From contig CAJFLE010000006.1 of the NCBI GenBank assembly GCA_904387375.1, forward strand, positions 6,376 to 70,375: DNA of 64,000 bases, written 5' to 3'. Shown here one piece after another: positions 17,652 to 25,652 of this stretch (positions are counted from its first letter, which is position 1; every line of letters begins with the position of its first letter). The notes beneath the pieces were generated by a model. That model was given only the letters and a program-made list of their open reading frames with translations, was not told the origin of the DNA and made no database searches. The position numbers and the translations under genes are program-made. The DNA comes from Candidatus Protoclostridium gallicola (GTDB lineage: Bacteria; Bacillota; Clostridia; Christensenellales; Pumilibacteraceae).

Positions 17652-20600
17652 TTATTCGGCTACGATGGTAAACGTCTGCTGAATGCTCGTCATGCTGCCG
17701 GGCAGGCGATACCAGCCGCTGCCGAACCAGCGGACGAGAGGTATGTCGTACTTGACCGTGATCACGTACGTCTCGCCCGCTTCCAGCGTGCCGGAAAGCT
17801 TGAGACCGGAGTTGATCATATACGAACTTGCGCCTTTACCGGTGAAGGACTCCTCGATCTTGGTCGCGGTTATGCCGTCGGGCGCGGTGCCCACGACGGA
17901 GAACTCGGCAAGATGCTTGGTCGTTTCGTCGGTAACCTCATAGGTCAGGCACTCGAACTTGTCGCCGTGCTGCACGAACGCGCCGTGTTCCTCATCCTCG
18001 AACCAGTGCATGACGCGGCCGTCCGGAGTCTCGGAATAATAGCTGTAATAGTCGGACGCAACCACCGCTTCGAATGCGCCGGCGCTTACCTTGATCGTTT
18101 CGTCCTTAGCGATGTTCTCGCCGTTGAAGGTCAGGCCGGATACGACCCTGATGGTCAGCTCGGACGAAATATTCTTCACCCAGCTGTCGCATGAAACGGT
18201 CACGGGTACGGTGTATACGCCTTCGGCGAGCCATCCGGACTCCCGGTCTTCCTCATAGGATACGGTCATGCCGTCGATGGTCAATCCCGCGGGAAGTTCG
18301 GCTTCTGCCGCCAAAGTCACCGTAAGGTCGCTGGTCTGGTCGCAGGTGATAATTGCGGTGTTCTCGGTACCGTACACGAGGTCTACGGTAAGGTCGAGTT
18401 CGTTCGCGAAATTCTGCATATTGATACTGTTGGCGTAAGCGAACAGAATGCGCTGCACGGATTTACGAACGGCATAGTAATGCGTGGGATCGAGCTGCGT
18501 GGACTCGCCGTCCGCGGTGGGAACTCTGACCATGCCCTTTCCGTCACGGGCCGTAGCGTCCCATTCGCCCTGCGTCAATCCGGTGATACCGCCGGCATAT
18601 CCGCCCATCAGAGCGTCGTCGCCTGCGCGGTAAGTAAGGTCGAGAGACCAGTGATCCTTGGACCATGAATCCGTGCAGGTGAAGCCGGTGAAGCCCCACT
18701 GATCGCGAAGCAGCGTCTGGTGTACGGCATAGTTGGTCGAGCAGGTGATCCAGCCGATACGGTTGAATGCGGACATGAGCGAGAGCGAATGACCGAACTT
18801 GACCGCCATTTCAAAAGGCTTTGCGGAGATTTCGCGGAATACCTGCTCGGTCGCGAAGGTGGCAACGCCGCCCAGATCGTTACGGGCAAATTCCTGGTCG
18901 TTGGCGAAGAAGTGCTTCACCATGCAGATAACGCCCTTCGAGGTGCACTCGTCCGTGACGACTGCAGCCATCGCGCCGGACAGATAAGGATCGGAGGAGT
19001 AGTACTCGAAGTTACGTCCGGAGAACGGGCTGCGGTGTATGTCACAGCCGCCGCCGTACCAGGCCGCCATGGGCTTGCCGTTTCTGCCCGCTTTGAGCAG
19101 CGCTTCGTTTGCATACATTCTGCCCTGTTCTCTGACAAGCTCGACGTTGAACGTCGCAGCGGTAACGGGGCCCGTCTGCCAGCAGGTCGTGCCATTGAGC
19201 TGAACGGGGCCGTTGGAGCCGGACGCACCCGTCCTGAGCCATGCATACATATCGTCGTAGGAGAGAGAGTTCATATACTCTTCCCACAGTTTGGAATCGG
19301 CGTCGGTAGCCGCGGTGGCAACGCCGTCCTCGTCTATCGTCGCTTCTTCATAGGTCTTGCCGGTGAGATCCGCCATCGTCACGTCCGTCGGAGCGCCCTG
19401 AGTCCAGGTCGTGGGAACTTCGCTGACGTAATAGTCCTGGCCTTCCTCATCCATGTACGGATAGTAATACTCGGAGGACTCGAGCACGAGGAACTCGTCG
19501 GTCGTAAGAGTTCTGTCTTCCACCGACGCGGGCTTGGGCTGAACCATGCCCGTCGCGCGGCTGATCATGCCGCCGAGCAGAGAGTCGTTGGTCGTGTCGT
19601 ACTCATCCACGAATACGGGAGTAATCTCATTGCCCGAAACGTAATCCGTCTTGCACTGTATACCGCCGGCAAGGGTAAACGTTTCGGAAAGCACGACATC
19701 GTGGGAGTTCCTGCGCGCGGAGATCACATAGTCGCCCGCTTCCAGTTCATAGCCCTCGAAATCGTTATTGTTCGCGTCGTTCCAGTCGAAGGACGCCATA
19801 TCCTGCGCGACGAGCTGAAGCGTAACGATATCGCTCTCGCCGGGCTGCAGCAGATCGGTCTTTGCGAAAGCGCCGAGGTTTGCGGACGCCTTCTCTATCC
19901 CGCCCTTGGTGTAAGGCGCGGTGTAATACATCTGCACGACGTCCTTACCGGCAACGTCGCCGACGTTGGTGACCTGCACCTTCATGGTGATCGTCTGCTT
20001 TTCGGAAGTGATGTTCTTATCCGAAGAAATGCCCGCAAGCTTCCATTCGAAATCTGTATAGGACAGGCCGTAGCCGAAAGGATACAGCACCTGATCGTTA
20101 TACCAGGTATCGCCCGAGCCGGCGGACTCGGCGTTCTTGTCGTCATAGCCCGTTTCGTAATAACGGTAGTCGCTGTAAATGCCTTCGCGGTATTCGACGT
20201 TGACGTATTCCGTCATGTTGCCGTCGGGATCGCGGAAGAAGGAATCCATGCGATTGCCGTTTGCATCCTTGTTCTGGGAGTTCTTGCTGAAGTTGGTCCA
20301 GTAAGGAGCTTTAGTGAAATCCTTTTCCCACGTGCTTACGGTGTGTCCGGAGGGATTCACCGAACCGTTGATGATGCGAGCGGTGGCCACGGTTCCGGCG
20401 TTACCCACGCCGCCGACCCAGAGGATCGCGTCCACGCCGAGGTTATCCGCGGTTTTCTTCTCGTTAAGTTCGGGTATCTGCATTATGTTGGACGAGTTGA
20501 TTACTACGATAACCTTATCGAAATTCTGCTTTACATGCCTTATGAGATCGATTTCGTTGTCGTTGAGCTGCAGATAATGATCGTCGTCGTTGCTGTGGCC

Positions 20601-21434
20601 GGGCACGGAATGCGTGAGCAGGTCGGCGTTTTCCGCGCCGATTCTGGACAGCACCACTACCGCCGCGTCATTGTAGCTGGCATATGTATTCGTGATGGAG
20701 CTGCCGTACTGGTCGATATCCGGGTTGAGGTGATCGCCGGCCGTGACTTTGCCGCCCGCGGCAACGTAATGCTCGTACATTTCGATGGGCTTGGGGTTCA
20801 CGATAAAGCCTTCGCTTTCGAAACCGGACTGCCAGTCAAAGCTGGGAGCGTTGGGATCGTCGGCAGATTTCTGGCTGGTAGCGCCCGAGCCGACGCCGCC
20901 GACGGAGAAGCTGACGGTGGACACACCGAACATCGTTATGCGGTTTTCGTCCTTAGTCAGAGGCAGCACGGCCTTATCGTCGCCGTTCTTGAGGAGCACC
21001 TGACCTTCCTCGCACATCTTTATGTGCAGTTCCTGGGCGGCGCGCTGCGCGTCCTCGGCAGTAGCGTAATCGGCATAGAATTTGCCTTTGGCGTCGAGGT
21101 TGCCCGAAACCGTTCCGGTGGTCGACACCGTCGTTTCATCGATATCCTCTACTACCAGCGGCTCGTCCGGATCGGTCTCGGAACCGGAACCCTGTCCGCT
21201 GTCGCCCTTATCGCCTTTGTCACCTTTGTCGCCCTTATCTCCCTTGTCCCCCTGGGGACCGGTCGCGGAAACGCCGGTATCTTCGCCGTTTACGAACCAG
21301 TTGCCGTTTTCGCCTATGTAAGGCGCGCTTTCCGATCCGCACGCGGTCATTGAGAAGCACATCACGATGCAAAGTAAAAGCGTTACAATCGCGATGATTA
21401 CGCTCTTCCATATTACGGAAGTACGTTTTCTCAT
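17652..21434 (-). CDS. Large GH3 family glycosidase (permuted order) with N-terminal lipoprotein-type signal, collagen-like linker and C-terminal accessory domains
   Basis: 1260 aa. LCIVMCFSMTAC signal/lipobox. Fn3-like VVQMYYTAPYTKGGIEKASANLGAFAKT. Catalytic motifs KHFFANDQE, REISAKPFE, GFTCTDSW. About 250 aa of extra C-terminal sequence. Confidence 0.85.
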   Translation of the reverse strand: MRKRTSVIWKSVIIAIVTLLLCIVMCFSMTACGSESAPYIGENGNWFVNGEDTGVSATGPQGDKGDKGDKGDKGDKGDSGQGSGSETDPDEPLVVEDIDETTVSTTGTVSGNLDAKGKFYADYATAEDAQRAAQELHIKMCEEGQVLLKNGDDKAVLPLTKDENRITMFGVSTVSFSVGGVGSGATSQKSADDPNAPSFDWQSGFESEGFIVNPKPIEMYEHYVAAGGKVTAGDHLNPDIDQYGSSITNTYASYNDAAVVVLSRIGAENADLLTHSVPGHSNDDDHYLQLNDNEIDLIRHVKQNFDKVIVVINSSNIMQIPELNEKKTADNLGVDAILWVGGVGNAGTVATARIINGSVNPSGHTVSTWEKDFTKAPYWTNFSKNSQNKDANGNRMDSFFRDPDGNMTEYVNVEYREGIYSDYRYYETGYDDKNAESAGSGDTWYNDQVLYPFGYGLSYTDFEWKLAGISSDKNITSEKQTITMKVQVTNVGDVAGKDVVQMYYTAPYTKGGIEKASANLGAFAKTDLLQPGESDIVTLQLVAQDMASFDWNDANNNDFEGYELEAGDYVISARRNSHDVVLSETFTLAGGIQCKTDYVSGNEITPVFVDEYDTTNDSLLGGMISRATGMVQPKPASVEDRTLTTDEFLVLESSEYYYPYMDEEGQDYYVSEVPTTWTQGAPTDVTMADLTGKTYEEATIDEDGVATAATDADSKLWEEYMNSLSYDDMYAWLRTGASGSNGPVQLNGTTCWQTGPVTAATFNVELVREQGRMYANEALLKAGRNGKPMAAWYGGGCDIHRSPFSGRNFEYYSSDPYLSGAMAAVVTDECTSKGVICMVKHFFANDQEFARNDLGGVATFATEQVFREISAKPFEMAVKFGHSLSLMSAFNRIGWITCSTNYAVHQTLLRDQWGFTGFTCTDSWSKDHWSLDLTYRAGDDALMGGYAGGITGLTQGEWDATARDGKGMVRVPTADGESTQLDPTHYYAVRKSVQRILFAYANSINMQNFANELDLTVDLVYGTENTAIITCDQTSDLTVTLAAEAELPAGLTIDGMTVSYEEDRESGWLAEGVYTVPVTVSCDSWVKNISSELTIRVVSGLTFNGENIAKDETIKVSAGAFEAVVASDYYSYYSETPDGRVMHWFEDEEHGAFVQHGDKFECLTYEVTDETTKHLAEFSVVGTAPDGITATKIEESFTGKGASSYMINSGLKLSGTLEAGETYVITVKYDIPLVRWFGSGWYRLPGSMTSIQQTFTIVAE
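21183..21260 (-). repeat. Collagen-like G-X-Y tract (GPQ GDK x5 GDS GQG SGS) in the large GH3
   Basis: Translation GPQGDKGDKGDKGDKGDKGDSGQGSGS at residues 59-84. The underlying DNA is an imperfect 9-bp periodic repeat. Confidence 0.85.
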
Positions 21435-21505
21435 AAATCTTTCCTCCTTTTGATTGTTTTTCGACTTTTTGCACGAAAAGTCTTTCCGCGCAAAAAGTCA
21501 TACTA

Positions 21506-21523
21506 ATTATACCACCCCCCCCC
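21506..21523 (-). promoter_or_regulatory. Extended -10 promoter (TGGTATAAT) abutted by a G9 homopolymer, upstream of the large GH3
   Basis: Minus strand reads CAAAATGGGGGGGGGTGGTATAAT. TATAAT is at 21511..21506 and the G9 tract at 21523..21515. ATG 21434 has an AAAGGAGGA RBS. Confidence 0.5.
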
Positions 21524-21644
21524 ATTTTGATAGTGACATTTGTTCACAAAAATGGTAATTTTGTTCATTTCGGACTTTGGCGCTTTACCCCGGAAACACT
21601 CCCCGGGTAAACGGCGCCCGGCGAAACGCAAGGTTGTCCGCAAT

Positions 21645-21679
21645 ACGAAAAACGCCCGCGGGATAAATTCCCGCGGGCG
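21645..21679 (-). terminator. Intrinsic terminator (second of two downstream of tRNA-Gly)
   Basis: 11-bp stem CGCCCGCGGGA/TCCCGCGGGCG with a 5-nt loop, followed by TTTTTCGT on the minus strand. Confidence 0.6.
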
Positions 21680-21777
21680 GAATTGGGTTTAGTGAATAAA
21701 AAGGGTTGCGGATTGCGTTCTTTCAAATGCGAGGGCGAGGGAGTTTACTAAAACGTAAATGACCGAAGCCCGAGACA

Positions 21778-21804
21778 TGAAGAAAGGGCGCAAGATGCGC
21801 CCTT
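21778..21804 (-). terminator. Terminator immediately after tRNA-Gly
   Basis: Minus strand reads AAGGGCGC-ATCTT-GCGCCCTT followed by TCTTC. Confidence 0.55.
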
Positions 21805-21814
21805 ATCCTCGGTC

Positions 21815-21889
21815 TGGAGCGGACGACGGGGCTCGAACCCGCAGCCCTCAGCTTGGGAAGCTGATGCCATACCATTAGGCCACGTCCGC
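21815..21889 (-). tRNA. tRNA-Gly (anticodon CCC), CCA encoded
   Basis: Minus strand GCGGACGTGGCCTAATGGTATGGCATCAGCTTCCCAAGCTGAGGGCTGCGGGTTCGAGCCCCGTCGTCCGCTCCA folds as a cloverleaf: 7-bp acceptor stem, anticodon stem TCAGC/GCTGA with loop TTCCCAA, and a GGTTCGAGCC T-arm. Confidence 0.9.
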
Positions 21890-21901
21890 ATCTGCCGTAT
21901 T

Positions 21902-21930
21902 ATTTTAGCAGAAAACGACGGAGATTTCAA
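21902..21930 (-). promoter_or_regulatory. Promoter TTGAAA-17 nt-TAAAAT for tRNA-Gly
   Basis: -35 at 21930..21925 and -10 at 21907..21902. The -10 ends 12 nt before the tRNA 5' end. Confidence 0.55.
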
Positions 21931-21969
21931 CGATTTCGGGGCGGAAAAAGCGCGAATTACGGATTTTTG

Positions 21970-21998
21970 TTGACAAAATCCCGCGCGCATGATATAAT
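21970..21998 (+). promoter_or_regulatory. Consensus sigma-70 promoter TTGACA-17 nt-TATAAT for the ABC-F gene
   Basis: -35 at 21970..21975 and -10 at 21993..21998. Both hexamers match consensus perfectly. Confidence 0.7.
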
Positions 21999-22036
21999 CC
22001 GTAAAAATAAGATAATCGGAGGCATACGTAACCGAA

Positions 22037-22057
22037 ATGTACAATTTTCCTGGCTGA
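22037..22057 (+). CDS. Candidate 6-codon leader peptide (MYNFPG) of the ABC-F attenuator
   Basis: ATG TAC AAT TTT CCT GGC TGA, preceded by GGAGG (22018..22022). The 14-nt spacing is longer than optimal. Confidence 0.3.
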   Translation: MYNFPG

Positions 22058-22107
22058 CTATCAGACCCGCGGCCGCGCGCAATCATGCGCACGGGCTTTG
22101 CGGACAG

Positions 22108-22175
22108 GCAGGAGAATAATATCGATCGGAGTGGCATGAGCCGCAGGATATTCTCCTGCGCTCTTTTGTTTTTTT
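22108..22175 (+). terminator. Leader terminator/attenuator upstream of the ABC-F start codon
   Basis: GCAGGAGAATA (22108..22118) pairs with TATTCTCCTGC (22149..22159), followed by GCTCTTTTGTTTTTTT. It ends 15 nt before ATG 22190, and the gene's RBS (GGAGG) sits after the T-tract. Confidence 0.6.
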
Positions 22176-22189
22176 ACGGAGGTTATGCA

Positions 22190-23656
22190 ATGTCATCGAT
22201 AATCGTGAAAAATCTGACGTTCTCGTACGGCGGGAGCGGAGAAAACGTATTTTCCGGCGCGTCCTTCACGCTGGACACGGACTGGAAGACGGGGCTGACG
22301 GGCAGGAACGGACGGGGCAAGACCACGCTGCTGCGGCTGCTGCTCGGGCAGTACGAATATTCGGGCTCTGTCACGGCGGACGTGCGGTTCTCGTACTTCC
22401 CTCCCGACTTTGGCGGCGGCGGAAGCGCGCGGGAGGTCATGGAAAAGCTGTGCCCGGACGCCGAGGACTGGGAGCGCGAGTGCGAGCTGCGGCTCATCGG
22501 CTTCGACCCGGATAAGCTGACGCTGCCCTTTTCCGCGCTCAGCGAGGGCGAACGCGTCAAGCTGGAAATAGCCGCCATGTTCCTCTCGGACGGCGGGTTC
22601 CCGCTCATCGACGAACCGACAAACCACCTCGACGCGGAGGGCAGAAAAAGTCTGTCCGCCTACCTCGCGGGCAAGCGCGGATTCATAGTCGCGTCGCACG
22701 ACCGAGATTTCCTCGACGGCTGCGCCGACCACATAATGAGCATAAACCGCGACGGCATCGAGGTGCGGCGCGGCACGTTCTCGGCGTGGCTGAAAGACAA
22801 CGCGGAGCGCGAGGCGCTGGAACGCAGAAAAAACGAGAGCCTGACCCGCGAGATAAGCCGGCTGAAAGAGTCTGCGGCGCGCACGTCGGCATGGGCGGGC
22901 AGAGCGGAAGCGGAGAAGTTCGGCCCCGACCGCGCGTCGGCGGACAGGGGCTTTCTCGGGCACAAGGCGGCGAAGATGATGAAACGCGCCAAGGTCACCG
23001 AAGCGCGCAGGCTCAAAGCCGCGGAAGAAAAAAGCGCGCTGCTGCGCGGCGCCGAATACGAAGGCGAGATCGCGCTTTCTCCCCTGCCCGCTCCCGAACA
23101 TCCCGTCATGCTGTCCGGCGTGTCGCTGTCGTACGGCGGCCGCGAGGTATGCGGCGGGATCGATCTCGTGCTCGGGCGCGGCGAACGCGTGGCGGTGCGC
23201 GGGCCGAACGGCTGCGGCAAGTCCACGCTGCTGTCCCTCGTCTGCGGCGAATGCGAAGCGGACGTGCGCGGCAACGTATTCGTCGCGGGCGGGCTGAAAA
23301 TCTCCCGCGTGCGGCAGACCTGCGCTTTCCGCGGCACCGTCGCGGAGTTCGCCGAGGCGGGCGGCGCGGATCCGACGAAATTTTTCACCGTACTGTCCAA
23401 GCTGGGCGTCGGCGGCGGCATAGCGGGCAGGCGCATGGAAGAGCTGTCGGACGGGCAACGGAAAAAAGCCGCGCTCGCGCTCGGCATTTCCCTTCCCGCC
23501 CACCTGTACGTGTGGGACGAGCCGCTCAATTATCTCGACGTCATATCGCGCATGCAGCTCGCCGCCGCGATAAAGTCGTGCGCGCCCACCATGCTGTTCG
23601 TCGAGCACGACGAGAGTTTCGTGCGCGACGTCGCCACCGGTGTGCTGGAACTGTGA
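22190..23656 (+). CDS. ABC-F ATPase, Lsa-type ribosomal protection (ARE) family
   Basis: 488 aa with two ABC cassettes and no TM domain. MSSIIVKNLTFSYGG..LDTDWKTGLTGRNGRGKTTLLRLL.. and ..YVWDEPLNYLDV.. closely parallel my recollection of the Lsa(A) layout. Start moved from 22085 to 22190 (RBS ACGGAGG). Confidence 0.8.
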   Translation: MSSIIVKNLTFSYGGSGENVFSGASFTLDTDWKTGLTGRNGRGKTTLLRLLLGQYEYSGSVTADVRFSYFPPDFGGGGSAREVMEKLCPDAEDWERECELRLIGFDPDKLTLPFSALSEGERVKLEIAAMFLSDGGFPLIDEPTNHLDAEGRKSLSAYLAGKRGFIVASHDRDFLDGCADHIMSINRDGIEVRRGTFSAWLKDNAEREALERRKNESLTREISRLKESAARTSAWAGRAEAEKFGPDRASADRGFLGHKAAKMMKRAKVTEARRLKAAEEKSALLRGAEYEGEIALSPLPAPEHPVMLSGVSLSYGGREVCGGIDLVLGRGERVAVRGPNGCGKSTLLSLVCGECEADVRGNVFVAGGLKISRVRQTCAFRGTVAEFAEAGGADPTKFFTVLSKLGVGGGIAGRRMEELSDGQRKKAALALGISLPAHLYVWDEPLNYLDVISRMQLAAAIKSCAPTMLFVEHDESFVRDVATGVLEL

Positions 23657-23657
23657 T

Positions 23658-24809
23658 TCAGAATATAAGACCGTTCAGGAATCCCACGCCGATGAGAACG
23701 GCGAGGTACGAAAAGTTTATGAGCGAGAACAGCGCGAGGTATCTGCCGGTGCCGGCGGGGTCGCGGCGGCGGTACTCGCCCAGAGTGATGAGACTGGCGA
23801 GCGAGGCTATGGGTGTGCCCAGTCCGCCTATATTCACGGCGACGAGCAGATTGGCGTAGTCGGAAGTGAAGCGCGACAGCAGCACGGCGGACGGCACGTT
23901 GCTTATAACCTGGCAGGACGCCGTGCCCACGAGCAGCGGCGAGAACGCCACGACCGCGGACAGCGCCTCGGCGACCGCGCTTATGCGCGACAGGTTGCCG
24001 GAGAACACGAAAAAGGCGCAGAACGTCAGCAGCAGGCCGTAATCGACGCGCAGCAGCGCCCGCGGCTCTATCACGAGCAGCGCCGCGGCGACGACCGCCA
24101 GCCCTATGTAGAACGGAAACAGGCCGAACACGATCATGACGCTGATGACGAACAGCACGAAGTATACGATCGTGCGCCACAGCGGCGGCGCCGGAGAAGG
24201 CGGCACCACGGGCGCGACGGGCACGGGTTTTACCAGCATGCACGTGCCGAATATGAGCAGCAGCGCGGCCGCGAACGGCAGCGCCATTATGGCGAAAAAC
24301 TCGCCCGCCGGTATGGAATAATACGAATACAGATACAGGTTCTGCGGGTTGCCGAAGGGCGTCAGCATGCCGCCGAGGTTGGCCGCCACGTTCTGCATCA
24401 CGAACGTGAACGCCATGGACTTGCGGTTGCCGCACGAATCGAGCACGTAATAGCCGAGGGGCAGGAACGTGATCAGCGCCATGTCGTTCGCCATTATCAT
24501 GGAGCCGAAATACGTTATGAATACGAGCGCGAGGGTGACGCGGCGCAGATTGCCGAACTTCGCGACTATTCTGCCTGCCAGCCACACGAAAAAGCCGCGG
24601 ATTTTGAGCGCCGCCACGACGGCGAGCGTGCAGAAAAGGCACGCCAGCGTGTCGGCGTCGAAATAATCGGCGTAGCCCGCGTCGAAGGGCACGAAAAAGC
24701 ACGTGACCGCGGCGGCGACGATCGCGATGAAAAGCACCGCGTGGTCCGTGAAAAAGGCAAGTATTCTGTGTCTGCGCGCCGGACGTACGGCGCTGTTGTT
24801 ATCATCCAT
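23658..24809 (-). CDS. ArsB/NhaD-superfamily anion permease (YbiR/citrate-transporter-like)
   Basis: 383 aa and polytopic. The FGSMIMANDMALITFLPLG and LTPFGNPQNLYLY motifs are typical of this permease superfamily. Confidence 0.6.
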   Translation of the reverse strand: MDDNNSAVRPARRHRILAFFTDHAVLFIAIVAAAVTCFFVPFDAGYADYFDADTLACLFCTLAVVAALKIRGFFVWLAGRIVAKFGNLRRVTLALVFITYFGSMIMANDMALITFLPLGYYVLDSCGNRKSMAFTFVMQNVAANLGGMLTPFGNPQNLYLYSYYSIPAGEFFAIMALPFAAALLLIFGTCMLVKPVPVAPVVPPSPAPPLWRTIVYFVLFVISVMIVFGLFPFYIGLAVVAAALLVIEPRALLRVDYGLLLTFCAFFVFSGNLSRISAVAEALSAVVAFSPLLVGTASCQVISNVPSAVLLSRFTSDYANLLVAVNIGGLGTPIASLASLITLGEYRRRDPAGTGRYLALFSLINFSYLAVLIGVGFLNGLIF

Positions 24810-24818
24810 ATCTGCAAA

Positions 24819-25652
24819 TCACTTTCCGGTGAGATAATCGGTGAATTTCTTTATATGCGCCGTGTGCGCGGCGCGGTCGCGGCGGCCTGCCGGAGAGGTA
24901 TACTCTATCGCGGCCGACGGCATGCCGTCCTCTTCCAGGCGGCGGCAAATGTCCTTTACGGGCACGACGCCTTCGCCGAAGGCGCGGCAGTGCATGAACC
25001 TGCCGTCCGCGCATCTGTCCTGTCCCCTGTCCGCAAAGGCTGCGTCTTTGAGGTGCGCGTGCACCGTACGGCCGCGCAGGCGTTCGTAAAACGCGGCGGG
25101 GTCGTCGCCCGCGGGCAGCATGTTGGCGGTGTCGTACACCAGCCCCAGCCCGGGCACGGCGCGGAGCAGACGTTCGCATTCGTCCGCCGACGACAGCGGC
25201 AGCAGGCAGGTCGGGGTGTCCTCGACGCACGCTTCCAGCCCCGCGGCGGCGCACTTTTCGGCAGCGAGCGCGAACCCGCGCGCGTAGTGCGCGAACAGCT
25301 CCTCCTTGTCCCGGGGGCGCAGGCGGCCGGCCTCGAACTGCCCCATGGGCACGAACATCACGCGGCGGCAGCCGCAGTCGCAGGCCAGCCCCGCGGCGGC
25401 GTCTATCTTCTTTGCTGCGCGCTTTTCGTCGTATTTGGTCATGGGCACGTGCGCGATGAGGCAGGCCAGTTCCAGCCCGCACGAGCGCAGTCCGGCGACG
25501 ACCTTTTTCGCGCCGTACAGCTTTATTTCGCCCGCCATCATGTCCAGCCCGCTCAGGCCGCAGTCCGCGGCGGCGGCGCACAGGTCGGAAAATTTCAGGC
25601 GGCGCAGCATTATGTCCGGAATAACCGGGAACGAGAGCAGCGACAGTTTCAC
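24819..25652 (-). CDS. Sugar phosphate isomerase/epimerase (xylose isomerase-like TIM barrel)
   Basis: Homology-like pattern (..VHAHLKD.. metal-site region). Start proposed at GTG 25652, overlapping the upstream stop (GTGA). ATG at MLRRLKF is an alternative. Confidence 0.6.
   Translation of the reverse strand: MKLSLLSFPVIPDIMLRRLKFSDLCAAAADCGLSGLDMMAGEIKLYGAKKVVAGLRSCGLELACLIAHVPMTKYDEKRAAKKIDAAAGLACDCGCRRVMFVPMGQFEAGRLRPRDKEELFAHYARGFALAAEKCAAAGLEACVEDTPTCLLPLSSADECERLLRAVPGLGLVYDTANMLPAGDDPAAFYERLRGRTVHAHLKDAAFADRGQDRCADGRFMHCRAFGEGVVPVKDICRRLEEDGMPSAAIEYTSPAGRRDRAAHTAHIKKFTDYLTGK

Noticed and set aside
18720-21353. 877-aa + strand ORF. Similar long antisense ORFs occur at 14192..15790, 15900..17519, 22193..23608, 23640..25721, 26500..27870, 42237..43460 and 61..62.9 kb.
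   Set aside because: All lie opposite genes with clear family motifs, lack RBS or start context, and have Arg/Gly/Ala/Val-biased compositions. I treated them as non-coding frames.
21815-21889. tRNA-Gly as an integration site for the neighbouring GH3 cluster or the ABC-F gene.
   Set aside because: There is no integrase gene, and I saw no duplicated copy of the tRNA 3' end nearby. Composition of the flanks is host-like.
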